A stretch of DNA of 64,000 nucleotides. Source: a virus. The number at the start of each line of letters is the position of its first letter. Positions within the stretch are counted from its first letter, which is position 1. Below are positions 63,862 through 64,000 of the stretch, in pieces. Location of the stretch: the IMG/VR virus record IMGVR_UViG_3300045988_154953; one strand, 5' to 3'. The position numbers and the translations under genes are program-made. The notes beneath the pieces are model-generated. The model ran no database searches and was not told where the DNA came from. It was given only the letters and a program-made list of their open reading frames with translations.

Positions 63862-64000
63862 ATGTATTTAATAGTTATTGTGGATGCTATTATAGTTTGG
63901 TTTCTATTAACGATTGTGTTTAAACCATTAGGATCAATTATTTCTAAGATATGGGATGACACATCTAAAACATTAAATGAAAAAGAAGAGAAAGAAGAGG
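63862..64000 (+). CDS. 3'-truncated small membrane protein
   Basis: MYLIVIVDAIIVWFLLTIVF.. runs off the window. The antisense track ORF is rejected. Confidence 0.35.
   Translation, partial: MYLIVIVDAIIVWFLLTIVFKPLGSIISKIWDDTSKTLNEKEEKEE

Noticed and set aside
1-64000. Genome-wide stop-codon reassignment (TGA=Trp or TAG=Gln), as seen in some large gut phages.
   Set aside because: Long uninterrupted ORFs with intact conserved motifs are obtained throughout with the standard code. The only in-frame TGA at a conserved residue is in the IS-borne tnpB. No tRNA with a UCA, CUA or UUA anticodon could be drawn in the array.

Overview
AT-rich (about 30% GC) window with almost every gene on the + strand. 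It reads as the early, replication and auxiliary region of a large dsDNA phage or prophage of a low-GC Gram-positive host, judged from TTGACA-17-TGnTATAAT promoters and GGAGG-type RBSs. No capsid, tail or lysis genes are recognisable.

Recognisable content:
- Recombinase module: tyrosine recombinase plus a DGQHR/ParB-like gene (0.5-3.8 kb).
- IS200/IS605-type insertion (4844-6230) that splits a phage gene.
- NAD-dependent DNA ligase.
- Membrane and ion-stress cassette: P-type Ca2+-ATPase-like pump, vWA, TerD and PspA-like proteins (10.3-15.0 kb).
- One promoter-to-terminator unit (15035-19064) carrying nine T-arm-bearing tRNA or tRNA-like genes, six stem-closed small elements and a DUF2828/TROVE-like vWA gene.
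- C5 DNA methyltransferase and a ClpP-like protease.
- RNA ligase plus kinase-HD pair.
- Two radical-SAM proteins.
- Replication module: SSB-like protein, Sak4-like ATPase, DnaB-like helicase, primase, DHH/RecJ-like protein, family B polymerase, RecD-like helicase, Gp157-like protein.
- NAD+ salvage and reconstitution island: PncA, Prs-like, Nampt-like, macro domain, NadE.

The most unusual signal is the RNA array. Only one gene (tRNA-Ile UAU) is fully canonical.
- Four tRNA genes carry 40-60 nt insertions.
- Three tRNA-like genes have missing or degenerate anticodon arms.
- The spacers are co-varying stem-closed RNAs that share a conserved ACAGCAA module.
- Two of these spacers contain perfect Lys(UUU) and Pro(UGG) anticodon stem-loops but have no D or T arms.
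- The same operon encodes a Ro60-like protein.

Other points worth a second look:
- A 17-nt intergenic motif present 12 times.
- Two genes that seem to need AUU/AUA initiation.
- Two +1 frameshifted genes.
- A TnpB gene with TGA at a conserved Trp position.
- A small opposite-strand accessory islet.

All calls come from reading the sequence and the ORF track by eye. No searches or folding programs were run.
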